NCBI GenBank assembly: GCA_964543655.1
Contig: CAZIZE010000001.1
Coordinates: 1 to 41,941 of the forward strand
From: an uncultured bacterium
GTDB taxonomy: Bacteria > DYJV01
Reading direction: 5' to 3'
DNA: 41,941 nt
The notes under the pieces are model-generated. The model was not told where the DNA came from and did no database searches. It saw only the letters and a list, made by a program, of their open reading frames with translations. The translations under genes and the position numbers were made by a program. Positions 30,686 through 40,423 of the stretch are shown here, piece after piece (within the stretch, counting starts at the first letter, position 1; each line of letters starts with the position of its first letter).

Positions 30686-31530
30686 AATTCCTCCTTAAAT
30701 CTGTTCAAAAATTCTTTTAAAGAAACATCCCATTGTCTAAATTCATTTAAGTTTAAAAGTTTTAAGTTAAAATTTTCTAAAACAGAATATTTAGGTCTGT
30801 GAGCTGGCCTCGGGAATTCAGCTGTTGTACAAGGTTCAATAGTTGCATTTATTCCACTATATTTGATTATTGCTTTTGCAAATTCATACCAGGAGCACTC
30901 TCCTTCATTAGATGCATGGTATATTCCATAATACTCTGTATCAACTAATTTTAAAATCTGATTGCAAAGATCAATTGTATAAGTAGGAGTTGTAATTTGA
31001 TCATTTACAACTTTTAAAAAGCCTCTCTCTTTTGCAATTTTTAAAATTGTTTTTACAAAGTTATTTCCATATATTCCATAAACACCTGCTGTTCTTAATA
31101 TAAAAAAGTTATTGCAATGATTTATTATATTAATCTCTCCTGCTAATTTAGATTTTGCATATATTGAAACTGGATTTGGTGTATCATCTTCTTTAAATGG
31201 AATTTTAATCTCTCCATTAAAAATATAATCAGTGCTTATGTGAAGTAGTTTTATTTGAAATTTATTGGCAATAATTGCACAGTTTTTAGCTCCAATGCTA
31301 TTAACTGAATATGCTTTTTCAACCTCTCTTTCACATCCATCAACATTAGTATAAGCAGCACAGTTAACAACAACATCAGGTTTAACTTTTGCTACCTCTT
31401 TTTCAAAAAATTTATAATCAGTAATATTTAAATCTTTTGATGAATATGGATAAACTGTGTAATACTTTTTTAAAATCAATGTTAAATCTTTTCCCAATTG
31501 TCCTGTGGCACCTGTAATTAATATTTTCAT
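30682..31530 (-). CDS. rfbD: dTDP-4-dehydrorhamnose reductase
   Basis: TGATGQLG, NCAAYTNVD, ISTDY, YAKSK, DQ..TPT, A.RP.YS.L. Confidence 0.94.
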   Translation of the reverse strand: MKILITGATGQLGKDLTLILKKYYTVYPYSSKDLNITDYKFFEKEVAKVKPDVVVNCAAYTNVDGCEREVEKAYSVNSIGAKNCAIIANKFQIKLLHISTDYIFNGEIKIPFKEDDTPNPVSIYAKSKLAGEINIINHCNNFFILRTAGVYGIYGNNFVKTILKIAKERGFLKVVNDQITTPTYTIDLCNQILKLVDTEYYGIYHASNEGECSWYEFAKAIIKYSGINATIEPCTTAEFPRPAHRPKYSVLENFNLKLLNLNEFRQWDVSLKEFLNRFKEEL

Positions 31531-31604
31531 TTATATCCCTCTTAAATTCTTAATAAAGAAAAATTTTAACAACTTAACCAATTGATAGCTCACAAAACCA
31601 CATA

Positions 31605-32057
31605 TTACATATATCTATTTTTACTTTCATACCTTAATTCTCTTTCAAGGTCTCTTCTCTTTATATCCTCTCTTTTATCATACTCTTTTTTACCCTTACA
31701 AAGTCCAAGCTCTACTTTTACAAGCCCATTTTTAATATAAACTTTTAAAGGTACAAGAGTTAACCCTTTTTCCTTTATTTTCCCAAAAAGCTTATCAATC
31801 TCTTTCCTATGCAAGAGGAGTTTTCTCGTCCTTGTTGGGTCATGGTTATAAACATTCCCATGTTTGTAGGGGCTAATATGAGCATTAATTAAAAATGCTT
31901 CTCCATCTTTTATTTTTGCATAACTATCCTTTAAATTAATTCTTCCCTGCTTAACTGATTTAACTTCAGTACCTTTTAACACAATTCCTGCTTCAAATGT
32001 TTCAAGCACATGATAATCGTGATATGCTTTTTTATTTTTAGTTATTATTTTATCCAT
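31605..32057 (-). CDS. smpB: SsrA-binding protein
   Basis: [35 protein letters not shown]. Confidence 0.97.
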   Translation of the reverse strand: MDKIITKNKKAYHDYHVLETFEAGIVLKGTEVKSVKQGRINLKDSYAKIKDGEAFLINAHISPYKHGNVYNHDPTRTRKLLLHRKEIDKLFGKIKEKGLTLVPLKVYIKNGLVKVELGLCKGKKEYDKREDIKRRDLERELRYESKNRYM

Positions 32058-32072
32058 AATTAAAAGACCTTT

Positions 32073-32786
32073 TTAATTTTCTTCTAAATTTCTCTCTATA
32101 ATTAACCTAACTTCTTCCATAAGAGAATTGAGATTTTTTGATTTAGTTTCAATAGGCTTTGAAATAATCAATTTTACTTTTTTGAAAGGATTTATAAAAA
32201 ATGACCCCTTTCTTAAAACTTCTTTTGAGCCAATAATTGTAACTGGTAAAATTTTGGCATTTGACTTTTTGGCAAGCATAAATCCACCTTTTTTAAAAGG
32301 CAACAATTTACCATCAATACTTCTTGTGCCTTCTGGGAAAATTAATAAAGATCTATCCTGTTTAAGATAATTCTGCATTGCCAGAATTGTGGATTTAAGT
32401 TTCTTTGTATTACCTCTTTCAACTCCTATTGCACCAACTATTTTCATTGCCAGACCAAATAGTGGGATTTTAAATACCTCTATCTTTGACAAAAATGTAA
32501 AATCAAAGGGAAGATAACCGTATAAAATAAAAATATCAAATGCACTCTGGTGATTTGACATTACAACATATCTTGACTCTAATTGAAATTCCTCTTTTAT
32601 AACCTCCACTTTAGTAAAAGAAGCAATAACTGAAAGTTTACCCCAAATTCTTGCAATAATATTTGCCTTTTTAGGATTAAAAGTAAATAGAAAAACTATA
32701 TATGCTGCAAAAATTGAAAATAATGCTATGATTATAAATATAGGAATATATACAACAGAGTAGATTTTACTTATTATTCTCATCAC
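32073..32786 (-). CDS. plsC: 1-acyl-sn-glycerol-3-phosphate acyltransferase
   Basis: NHQSAFD, FPEGTRS, FKKGGF; start GTG 32786 or ATG 32783. Confidence 0.9.
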   Translation of the reverse strand: MMRIISKIYSVVYIPIFIIIALFSIFAAYIVFLFTFNPKKANIIARIWGKLSVIASFTKVEVIKEEFQLESRYVVMSNHQSAFDIFILYGYLPFDFTFLSKIEVFKIPLFGLAMKIVGAIGVERGNTKKLKSTILAMQNYLKQDRSLLIFPEGTRSIDGKLLPFKKGGFMLAKKSNAKILPVTIIGSKEVLRKGSFFINPFKKVKLIISKPIETKSKNLNSLMEEVRLIIERNLEEN

Positions 32787-34617
32787 TTATATCTAAATTA
32801 ACTATTTTTGCTTTTCCAATGTAACTTTTTGTTTCATATTTTGTAATTTTACTAAGTTTTTTTACAATTTTTGCCAATCTTTCAGTGGCTGTTTCTATTT
32901 TATCTATAAGCTCTGGATTTATCTCTTTTTTAATTTTAATCATATCTGCTGCAAGCATTAATGTAGTTAATGGTTGATTCAACTCATGTGCTGTTGCACC
33001 TGCAAGCTCTATTGCAACCTTATCTTTCTCCATTTCTAAAAATTCTTCATGTAATCTTAAATTTTCCTCTTCTAATCTTTTTCTCTCAGTTATGTCATTT
33101 ATTATAAATTGAAATCCTACTACAAAATCCCCCTCTTTGTAAAGGGTTATTGTACATTCAAGATAAATTGTTTCTCCACGTGAATTTTTTGATTCTATTT
33201 CAACTGTGGCTTCTTTAACTTTTTTGTTAAAAATCTTTTTTAATACAGGATAGATATTATTTATACATTTTTTTGACAAGCATAATATTTCTAAGAGCTT
33301 TCTCCCAACAATCTCATTATAATCTTTCTGTAAAATTTCAGAAAATTTATTATTAACAAATAAAACTTTTCCTTTGGTATTAATAAGACATATCCCCACT
33401 CCAGCAGAATTAATCAAAGATGCATAGCTCTCTTTTAAATTTTTATACTGTTTTTTCAAATTCATCTCTTCAGTTATATCTTTAAATATAAAAAGCTCAG
33501 TTAATTTTTCATTTTTTATCTCAATATATGTTAATTCCACAGGTAATGAATTTTTTAATTTGGTAATTATTCTAACAGGTGGTTTTTGACTTTTAATCTG
33601 TCTAACAAGTTCATTATCTAAAAAATCTTCCACTTTTCCAATGGTATCTCCTACAATTCTTTGAGCTTCATCATTCATTAAAATTAACTTTGAGTCTTCA
33701 AACATAATCACAGCAGAGAGAAGATTGTTAAGTGCTGTATTTAAAACTTTATTTGCATTAATTGAATCATTTAATAATTTTTCATTTTCAATTATTAAAT
33801 TAAAGATTTTTTCATTTGCTGCCTCAAAAATAGGAATAACATCGGTAAATTTAATATCCTTTTTATTTAAATCAAATAAAGTCACTATATGATTGCTCTG
33901 CTGCTCAATAGTAGAAATCATATTTTGCAATTGCTTATTATCTATTTTTAAAATTTTTTTTATCTTCTCAAAAGATTCTCTTCTAACACCCTGTAATGTT
34001 AAGGAATTGGCTATTATATTTGCAAAATATATAAAATATCCATTTTTGCAATTTTCTACATTTTTTCCAAATTTAATTTTGTAAAAATCATTTATAATTT
34101 TAACAATCTCTTCTGGCAAATGCCATTTATCTCGAAGAATATCAAGAGCTTCAATATAGAATTTATAGTCAAACTTTTTATAGTCCCTATTATAAAAAAC
34201 AGCAAGATATTCAGGTAAAAATGCAACTAAAGAAGCAAAAAAGTATTCATCTTTTTTGGAGATTAATTTTGCGCCATTAGCTGTAACTATTAAATTAATC
34301 CATTTATCAATACATCTACTATTATTGTCAGCAATATTTTTTACAACATCAACTATAAAAAGGCATAAAGCTAAATTTCTTATACTTTTAAGACCTAAAA
34401 GACCTATTGCTTGAGTCAGGCTTGTAACTTTGTTGGGCAAATGATAAAAAGGTGAATTAATAATCTGGAAAATTTTAATCGATAATGCAGGTGAATTATG
34501 CACATATTCTGATAATTTGTTGTAATTACAATTTTCATTGGACACTTCTTCTAAAATTTTATATGCAACCTGTGGCAACTCAGGTATATTCCTTATATTT
34601 TTAAGCAAATCTAACAA
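32767..34617 (-). CDS. HDOD-PAS-HisKA(DHp) signalling protein lacking an HATPase domain
   Basis: HDOD (LPQVA, INSPFY, AIGLLG, WHLPEEI), PAS/PAC (VNNKF...DITERK), H-box AHELNQPL close to the C-terminus. Confidence 0.82.
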   Translation of the reverse strand: MLDLLKNIRNIPELPQVAYKILEEVSNENCNYNKLSEYVHNSPALSIKIFQIINSPFYHLPNKVTSLTQAIGLLGLKSIRNLALCLFIVDVVKNIADNNSRCIDKWINLIVTANGAKLISKKDEYFFASLVAFLPEYLAVFYNRDYKKFDYKFYIEALDILRDKWHLPEEIVKIINDFYKIKFGKNVENCKNGYFIYFANIIANSLTLQGVRRESFEKIKKILKIDNKQLQNMISTIEQQSNHIVTLFDLNKKDIKFTDVIPIFEAANEKIFNLIIENEKLLNDSINANKVLNTALNNLLSAVIMFEDSKLILMNDEAQRIVGDTIGKVEDFLDNELVRQIKSQKPPVRIITKLKNSLPVELTYIEIKNEKLTELFIFKDITEEMNLKKQYKNLKESYASLINSAGVGICLINTKGKVLFVNNKFSEILQKDYNEIVGRKLLEILCLSKKCINNIYPVLKKIFNKKVKEATVEIESKNSRGETIYLECTITLYKEGDFVVGFQFIINDITERKRLEEENLRLHEEFLEMEKDKVAIELAGATAHELNQPLTTLMLAADMIKIKKEINPELIDKIETATERLAKIVKKLSKITKYETKSYIGKAKIVNLDISDENNK

Positions 34618-34630
34618 CTATAATTCCTCT

Positions 34631-35539
34631 CTAAATTTTATTTTTTATCTCATTTACAGATTTAATATTACTTGAATCCATAAATTTGCTCAGTTTATCT
34701 ATTAAATCAATCATTATCATAGGATTTATAAAATTAGCTGTTCCAATTTGAACAGCAGTAGCTCCCATTGCAAAAAATTCTACTGCATCATTAATATTAA
34801 AAATACCTCCCACTCCTATAACAGGAATTGAAATATTTTCAATGAGCTCTTTTACAATTCTGAGTGCTACAGGCTTTAAACATTGCCCGGAAATTCCACC
34901 AGTAACATTTCCTAACATATATTTAAAATTATCAGTATTAATTGCAATACCTTTCATTGTGTTAACTGCTGTAATAGCATCTGCACCAGCTTCTTCTAAT
35001 ACCTTACCTGTTTCAGCAATATTTGAGAGCATTGGGGAAATTTTAACAATAACTGATTTTTTATCGGCAATTTTTTTAATATTTTTAGTTAAAATATACA
35101 ACATATCTAAATCAGTGCCAAATTCAATGGCACCTTTTTTTACATTTGGGCATGATACATTAACTTCTAAAGCATCTATTTCTTGTAAATTATTTAATTT
35201 TTCTGCAAGAATATAATATTCATCCTCACTATTGCCAAAGCAATTAACTATTATAGCGCAATTTAAATTTTCATAAAATGGAATTATCTCCTCTAAAAAT
35301 CTTTCAAATCCAATATTTTCAAGTCCTATTGCATTCATTAAATATTTACCACCTTCATATATTCTTGGTGGTATATTTCCAGTTTTTGGATAAAGTGATA
35401 ATCCTTTTGTAACAATTGCACCAAGATTGTTAATATCAAAAAACCTGGCAAATTCTTTACCATATCCAAAAGTTCCACTTGCAGGCATAATAGGATTATT
35501 TAATTCTAATTTACCAATTTTTACTTTCAGCTTTTGCAT
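34631..35539 (-). CDS. pyrD: Dihydroorotate dehydrogenase 1B catalytic subunit
   Basis: ASGTFGYG, NAIGLEN, NVSCPN, VKISP, NT, GGISG, IGVGGI, QIGTANF; start ATG 35539 (or 35545). Confidence 0.95.
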   Translation of the reverse strand: MQKLKVKIGKLELNNPIMPASGTFGYGKEFARFFDINNLGAIVTKGLSLYPKTGNIPPRIYEGGKYLMNAIGLENIGFERFLEEIIPFYENLNCAIIVNCFGNSEDEYYILAEKLNNLQEIDALEVNVSCPNVKKGAIEFGTDLDMLYILTKNIKKIADKKSVIVKISPMLSNIAETGKVLEEAGADAITAVNTMKGIAINTDNFKYMLGNVTGGISGQCLKPVALRIVKELIENISIPVIGVGGIFNINDAVEFFAMGATAVQIGTANFINPMIMIDLIDKLSKFMDSSNIKSVNEIKNKI

Positions 35540-35558
35540 TAACATTAACCTCAATAAC

Positions 35559-36311
35559 TTAATTTAGCATTAACTCCTTTAAATTAAAAATAGGACCATC
35601 TGTGCATACCCTTTTATATCCATTTTTAGTTTCAACAACACATCCCAGGCAAACACCAAAACCGCATGCCATTCGCTCTTCCATTAATACCATTATATTA
35701 AATTTATCTTCATACTTTTTCAATTCTTTATACATATTAACTGGTCCACATGCAATTATTAACTCATCTTTCATATTTATACTTTTTAAATAATCAGTGC
35801 CAAAGCCCTTACAGCCATAGGAACCATCCTCTGTAAATATAGTCAAATCATTTAAAGGAACACCTGTTAAATAAATTAATTCCTCTTTTGTTGGAAAACC
35901 TGCTATAAATTTGTAGTCAAATTTATATTTTTTTAAATAATCAGCAAAAAATATTAAAGGCACTGCACCTATTCCACCACCAATTAAAATAATTTTGCTA
36001 TATTTTTGAAAAAAGTCATTTTTTACAAATTTTCCAAGAGGTCCCACCAACCTGAGGTATTCCCCTTTTTTGCAATTTAAAAGCCATTTTGTAAATTTAC
36101 CAGTTACCCTTATTCTAAACTCTAAAATTCCTCTTTCAAAGTTTGCTACACTAAAAGGTCGATTTAAAATAAAATCTTTATTTTCAATAAATTCTGGGCC
36201 AATCATAAAAAATTGCCCAGGAAAAACATCTTCAATACTGTATTTAAATTGTAGTAAAATAAACTTTTCTATTTTCTCTATTCTATAAATGGGCAAAACT
36301 GCTACATTCAT
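35559..36311 (-). CDS. pyrK: Dihydroorotate dehydrogenase electron transfer subunit
   Basis: PGQF, RPFS, GPLG, GGGIG, CGP, MACGFGVCLGC...VC.DGP 2Fe-2S motif. Confidence 0.93.
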   Translation of the reverse strand: MNVAVLPIYRIEKIEKFILLQFKYSIEDVFPGQFFMIGPEFIENKDFILNRPFSVANFERGILEFRIRVTGKFTKWLLNCKKGEYLRLVGPLGKFVKNDFFQKYSKIILIGGGIGAVPLIFFADYLKKYKFDYKFIAGFPTKEELIYLTGVPLNDLTIFTEDGSYGCKGFGTDYLKSINMKDELIIACGPVNMYKELKKYEDKFNIMVLMEERMACGFGVCLGCVVETKNGYKRVCTDGPIFNLKELMLN

Positions 36312-36769
36312 ATTAACTTTTCCATTAAAATTGCATCATTTCCATCTGAATAATACTTTTTTCTTATCCCTATTTTCTTAAATCCTTCGGAGCTATACAA
36401 ATTAAAAGCAGGCAAGTTATCAGATTTAACTTCAAGAAAAATCTTTTTTGCTTTTAAAAAAGATGATATTTTAATAATAAACTTTAAAAATCCTCTACCC
36501 AATCCTCTATTTCTAAAACTACTCTTTATAGCAAAATTATTTAACTCTATTACATCATATATACACCAGAAATTTGCAAAACCTGCTATTTCACTGGAGT
36601 ATAACAGCGTGAAATTATAAGAAAAATTATGTAACAGCTCTTTTAAAAAAATTTCTCTGCTCCACGGTTTCGTAGAATATTCATTATCAATCTCAACTAT
36701 CTCATCAAGGTGCTCATCTGTCATTGGAACAATGGAAACATTACTCTCCTGTATAACACTCACTATCAT
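36308..36769 (-). CDS. rimI: Ribosomal protein S18 alanine N-acetyltransferase (GNAT)
   Basis: PWS, RNRGLG, LEVKSDN..A.NLY...GF...G.RKKYY...DA; start ATG 36769 or GTG 36763. The upstream extension in the ORF track lies inside mog. Confidence 0.88.
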   Translation of the reverse strand: MIVSVIQESNVSIVPMTDEHLDEIVEIDNEYSTKPWSREIFLKELLHNFSYNFTLLYSSEIAGFANFWCIYDVIELNNFAIKSSFRNRGLGRGFLKFIIKISSFLKAKKIFLEVKSDNLPAFNLYSSEGFKKIGIRKKYYSDGNDAILMEKLI

Positions 36770-37244
36770 CTCCCTTAATCTTCTCAATTGCATGAGGAAT
36801 AGCCATATAAATAGCTTCAAAACACTCTTTAACTGCTTTTGGACTTCCAGGAAGGTTAATAATAAGAGTGCTCCCTTTAACTCCTGCTGTAGCTCTTGAA
36901 AGGATAGCATGAGGAGTTTTTTTTAAACTCTCTACTCTCATTACTTCTCCAAAACCAGGGATTTCTTTATCCACCACCTCTTTTGTAGCATCTGGTGTAA
37001 TGTCCCTTGGTGAAACTCCTGTCCCACCATTTGTAAAAATAAGATCAACTGCATCAGTAGTAGAAAACCTGATTAATTGCTGCATTAATAAATGTTTTTC
37101 ATCTGGAATAACTTCATAGAAGAGAATCTCTCCATTTAACTTATTTTGCACAAGCTCTTTCAATATAGCACCGCTGTTATCTTCTCTTTCACCTTTAGAA
37201 CCTTTATCACTTAGAGTTATAATAGCACAGGTTATTCTATCCAT
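36741..37244 (-). CDS. mog: Molybdopterin adenylyltransferase MogA/MoaB
   Basis: ITLSD, REDNSG, TNGGTG..PRD.TP.AT, LSR, INLPGSP. Confidence 0.92.
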   Translation of the reverse strand: MDRITCAIITLSDKGSKGEREDNSGAILKELVQNKLNGEILFYEVIPDEKHLLMQQLIRFSTTDAVDLIFTNGGTGVSPRDITPDATKEVVDKEIPGFGEVMRVESLKKTPHAILSRATAGVKGSTLIINLPGSPKAVKECFEAIYMAIPHAIEKIKGDDSECYTGE

Positions 37245-37915
37245 ACTTTATCTCCCACTGAAATATTTAATTTATTATTGTTTAAAATAAAAATATCTCT
37301 ATCTTTTAAAATAAATTTGCACTGCTTACCATTTACATAAAATTTATCATCTAACTCCAAAAAATCAGATAATATACCAACTATCCCCACTTTTAATAGT
37401 AAATCGTCACCTGTATCAATCTTATCAATATATCCATTTATTTTTTCTTTATTTCTAAAAATTCCACTTTTGCCACCTGTTTTTTTAACAAGATAGGTTT
37501 CCCCTATGAGCAACCTTTTATCAACTCCTTTGCACATATCATATATGGTAAGAGCAGCAACTGAAACTGCTGTTAATGCTTCCATTTCCACTCCTGTTTT
37601 TGCATCAATAATAGCCTCTGAAAAAATTAAAACCTTTTTATCTAATTCATCTAACTGAAAGATAATATCAACAAAATTTAAGTTTAATGGATGGCACAAT
37701 GGAATTATATTACCTGTGTTTTTAGCAGCCATAATACCTGCAATCTTTGCTGTGCTTAAAACATCTCCTTTGGTTATCTCATTTTTTTTAATTAAATCTA
37801 AAATTTTTTCACCAACATAAATAGATGATGCTCCATAAGCCTTTCTCAACGTAGATTTTTTTTCAGAAACATTCACCATTTTAGCTTTGCCATTTTTATC
37901 AATATGAGTTAACAT
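37232..37915 (-). CDS. moaC: Cyclic pyranopterin monophosphate synthase MoaC with ~74-aa C-terminal extension
   Basis: LTH, MVNV, KGDVL, AGIMAAK, IPLCHP, TGVEMEAL, IYDMCK, K.GGKSG. Confidence 0.93.
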   Translation of the reverse strand: MLTHIDKNGKAKMVNVSEKKSTLRKAYGASSIYVGEKILDLIKKNEITKGDVLSTAKIAGIMAAKNTGNIIPLCHPLNLNFVDIIFQLDELDKKVLIFSEAIIDAKTGVEMEALTAVSVAALTIYDMCKGVDKRLLIGETYLVKKTGGKSGIFRNKEKINGYIDKIDTGDDLLLKVGIVGILSDFLELDDKFYVNGKQCKFILKDRDIFILNNNKLNISVGDKVWIE

Positions 37916-37934
37916 AAAAAAACTCCTGAATTTA

Positions 37935-38912
37935 TTAACCGCCTATTTTCCTCATTTCATTCTGACATTTTTTAAATTTATAATCACTAACAGAGATATT
38001 ATGCTTTTCAGGTTTTTCATTAATTATTTTTATAAGCTCCTCTGAAAGAGCCTTACTATCACCACTTTTAATAATATCCAATAGGTTATAAACTTTATTT
38101 GAAAATAAGCATGTTTTTAAAGTGCCATTGCAGGTGAGCCTGATCCTGTTGCACCTATTGCAAAAATGCTCTGTCATAGGTGAAATAAACCCAACTGTAG
38201 CATTAGTGCCATTAATTTTGTAAATCTGTGCTGGTGAATGAATATCCCTGTTTGGAATAATAGTTAATTTAAAATATTGCTCAATTTTACTTATAATCTC
38301 CTTTTTTGAAATAAATCTCAAATTATGAAAATCACCAAATGGCATAAATTCAATAAATCTTATCTCTACATTATTCTCAATACCAAACCTAACAAAATCA
38401 ATAATTTCATCATCATTAAAATTTTTAATAGCAACTATATTAACTTTTACCGGGTTTAATCCATTTTTAACAGCAGACTTTATTCCTCTAATAACCTCAG
38501 AAAAAAAATCTCTCCTTGTAATAAATTTAAACTTATCCCTTTTTAATGTATCAAGGCTAATATTAACTCTTCTAAGCCCTGCATCAACAAGCTCATTAAT
38601 ATATTTTTCAAGTAGCACACCATTGGTTGTTAGAGCAACATCATTAACATTTTCTAATTTGCAAATTGATTTTATTAAAAATTGAACATTTTTCCTTATT
38701 AATGGCTCTCCTCCTGTTATTCTGATTTTATTCACACCTAAATTTGATACTGTTTCAACAAAAAATAAAATCTCTTCAAAGGAGAGAATTTTATTGCTCG
38801 GAAAAAGCTCTATCCCCTCTTCTGGCATGCAATATAGGCATCTGAGATTACATCTATCTGTTACTGATATTCTGAGATAATTTATTTTTCTGTTAAATCT
38901 GTCAATTAGCAT
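37935..38912 (-). CDS. moaA: GTP 3',8-cyclase (radical SAM)
   Basis: YLRISVTDRCNLRCLYC, TGGEP, RFIEFMP, FCNRCNRIR...CL, C-terminal IGG; start ATG 38912. Confidence 0.96.
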   Translation of the reverse strand: MLIDRFNRKINYLRISVTDRCNLRCLYCMPEEGIELFPSNKILSFEEILFFVETVSNLGVNKIRITGGEPLIRKNVQFLIKSICKLENVNDVALTTNGVLLEKYINELVDAGLRRVNISLDTLKRDKFKFITRRDFFSEVIRGIKSAVKNGLNPVKVNIVAIKNFNDDEIIDFVRFGIENNVEIRFIEFMPFGDFHNLRFISKKEIISKIEQYFKLTIIPNRDIHSPAQIYKINGTNATVGFISPMTEHFCNRCNRIRLTCNGTLKTCLFSNKVYNLLDIIKSGDSKALSEELIKIINEKPEKHNISVSDYKFKKCQNEMRKIGG

Positions 38913-39621
38913 TACACAACTCAATAGCTTCTTTTAAATTAAGGGTGCCTTCATAAATTGCTCTTCCAGTTATTGCAGCATAAATATTTTTCTCTATTAA
39001 GCTCTTTATATCATTTATATCTTTAACTCCACCTGATGCAATAACTGGTATGTTCACATTTTGTTGCAGAGTAAAAGTAGCTTCAACATTAACTCCAGTC
39101 TGCATTCCATCTCTTGATATATCAGTATAAATAATTTCTCTAATTCCATAATCAGACATCTCTTTTGCAAGTTCTATTGCAGAAATATTGGTAACATCAA
39201 CCCAACCTTTTGTAGCAACCATTCCATTAATTGCATCTATCCCGGCAATAATTTTATCAGGAAAAAGCTCACATGCTTTTCTAACAATATCCTTATTTTC
39301 AACAATAACTGTTCCAAGTATAATGTAATCAACTCCTAATTCAATATACTTCTCTATTGTTTCTATATTTCTAATCCCTCCACCAAGCTCAACTGTGAGA
39401 TTTGTAGAATTTAAAATTTTTTTTATAGAATCAATATTTTCAGGTTTACCAGAAAAAGCACCATTCAAATCAACAATATGCAGCCTTTTGGCTCCAAGGC
39501 TTTCAAACTTTTCAGCAACAACTTCAGGCTCTTCTGAATATACAGTGTCTTTGTTTAACTTTCCTTGAGTTAACCTTACGCATTTGCCATTTTTTAAATC
39601 AATTGCAGGAATTATTATCAT
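38902..39621 (-). CDS. hisA: ProFAR isomerase (histidine biosynthesis)
   Basis: IPAIDL..GKCVRL.QG, H.VDL.GA, GGGIR, TDISRDG, ASGG, G.AIYEG; start 39621 or 39633. Confidence 0.95.
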   Translation of the reverse strand: MIIIPAIDLKNGKCVRLTQGKLNKDTVYSEEPEVVAEKFESLGAKRLHIVDLNGAFSGKPENIDSIKKILNSTNLTVELGGGIRNIETIEKYIELGVDYIILGTVIVENKDIVRKACELFPDKIIAGIDAINGMVATKGWVDVTNISAIELAKEMSDYGIREIIYTDISRDGMQTGVNVEATFTLQQNVNIPVIASGGVKDINDIKSLIEKNIYAAITGRAIYEGTLNLKEAIELCNAN

Positions 39622-40423
39622 TTGAATTAACATTCTCCTTTTCAAATTTATTTTCAAGATATACGCAAAAATAAGCACCACCAATAACAATTATCCAGCT
39701 TATATATATCCAGATAAAAAGAAGTAAAATTATACTTAATGACCCATAAATAGTCTGATAAATTTTGTTTTGCAATATAACATCAATAAAAATATTTCTC
39801 ATAATATACCAGATAACAGATGATAAAAAGGCAGTAAGCAGTGCAGCTCTTCTATTGACCTTTTTATTTGGTGTAATTGCATAAATTATGGTAAAAATAA
39901 ACCAGATTATAAAAAATGGTAGTAAATGTGTAATATTTACCACATCTTTAAATTTTATTGTAAGATATATTGACAATATCATTGCAATTGGCACAAAACC
40001 AATCAATGTCCAAAAAGTTGAAATAGCATTCCATACATCTCTTCCTTTTTTAACATTAAAAATTTTATTCATTAAATATTCAAAATTAATAAAAAATAGG
40101 ATTGCTGCTACCATCCCATAAATAAATCCTACCAGCCCAAGTTTAGAAGCATTGGTAATAAGCATTTCTATATACTTGGTAATTACCTCTGTTTTTCCTG
40201 GTAACAATGTATTATAGATGAAATTTTGCAAATTTAAATAATACTCCTGAAAAAAAGGACTTGATGTAAATAGCGCAAAAATAACCATAAATAGAGGAAT
40301 TATAGTAAAAATAGTATAAAAGCTCAAACTTGCAGCTTCAAAAAAAATTTTTTTTGTATATTCTCTATTTATCTTTTTAACTGTAATAAAAAAATTTACT
40401 GCTTTTTTAAGAAATCTTCCCAT
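39599..40423 (-). CDS. YihY/virulence factor BrkB family inner-membrane protein
   Basis: AASLSFYT, multiple TMs, PN, YQTIYGSL...WIYISW..V..GA. Confidence 0.9.
   Translation of the reverse strand: MGRFLKKAVNFFITVKKINREYTKKIFFEAASLSFYTIFTIIPLFMVIFALFTSSPFFQEYYLNLQNFIYNTLLPGKTEVITKYIEMLITNASKLGLVGFIYGMVAAILFFINFEYLMNKIFNVKKGRDVWNAISTFWTLIGFVPIAMILSIYLTIKFKDVVNITHLLPFFIIWFIFTIIYAITPNKKVNRRAALLTAFLSSVIWYIMRNIFIDVILQNKIYQTIYGSLSIILLLFIWIYISWIIVIGGAYFCVYLENKFEKENVNSNDNNSCN

Noticed and set aside
31531-31604. tmRNA (ssrA) beside smpB, or a sigma54 promoter for rfbD
   Set aside because: The gap is only 74 bp, far too short for tmRNA, and the GG...GC spacing is 8 rather than the required 10.
36770-36910. 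Long N-terminal extensions of rimI (and similarly hisA, cimA, tsaE, mltD) in the ORF track
   Set aside because: They lie within the upstream gene; downstream starts match family N-termini and SD positions.
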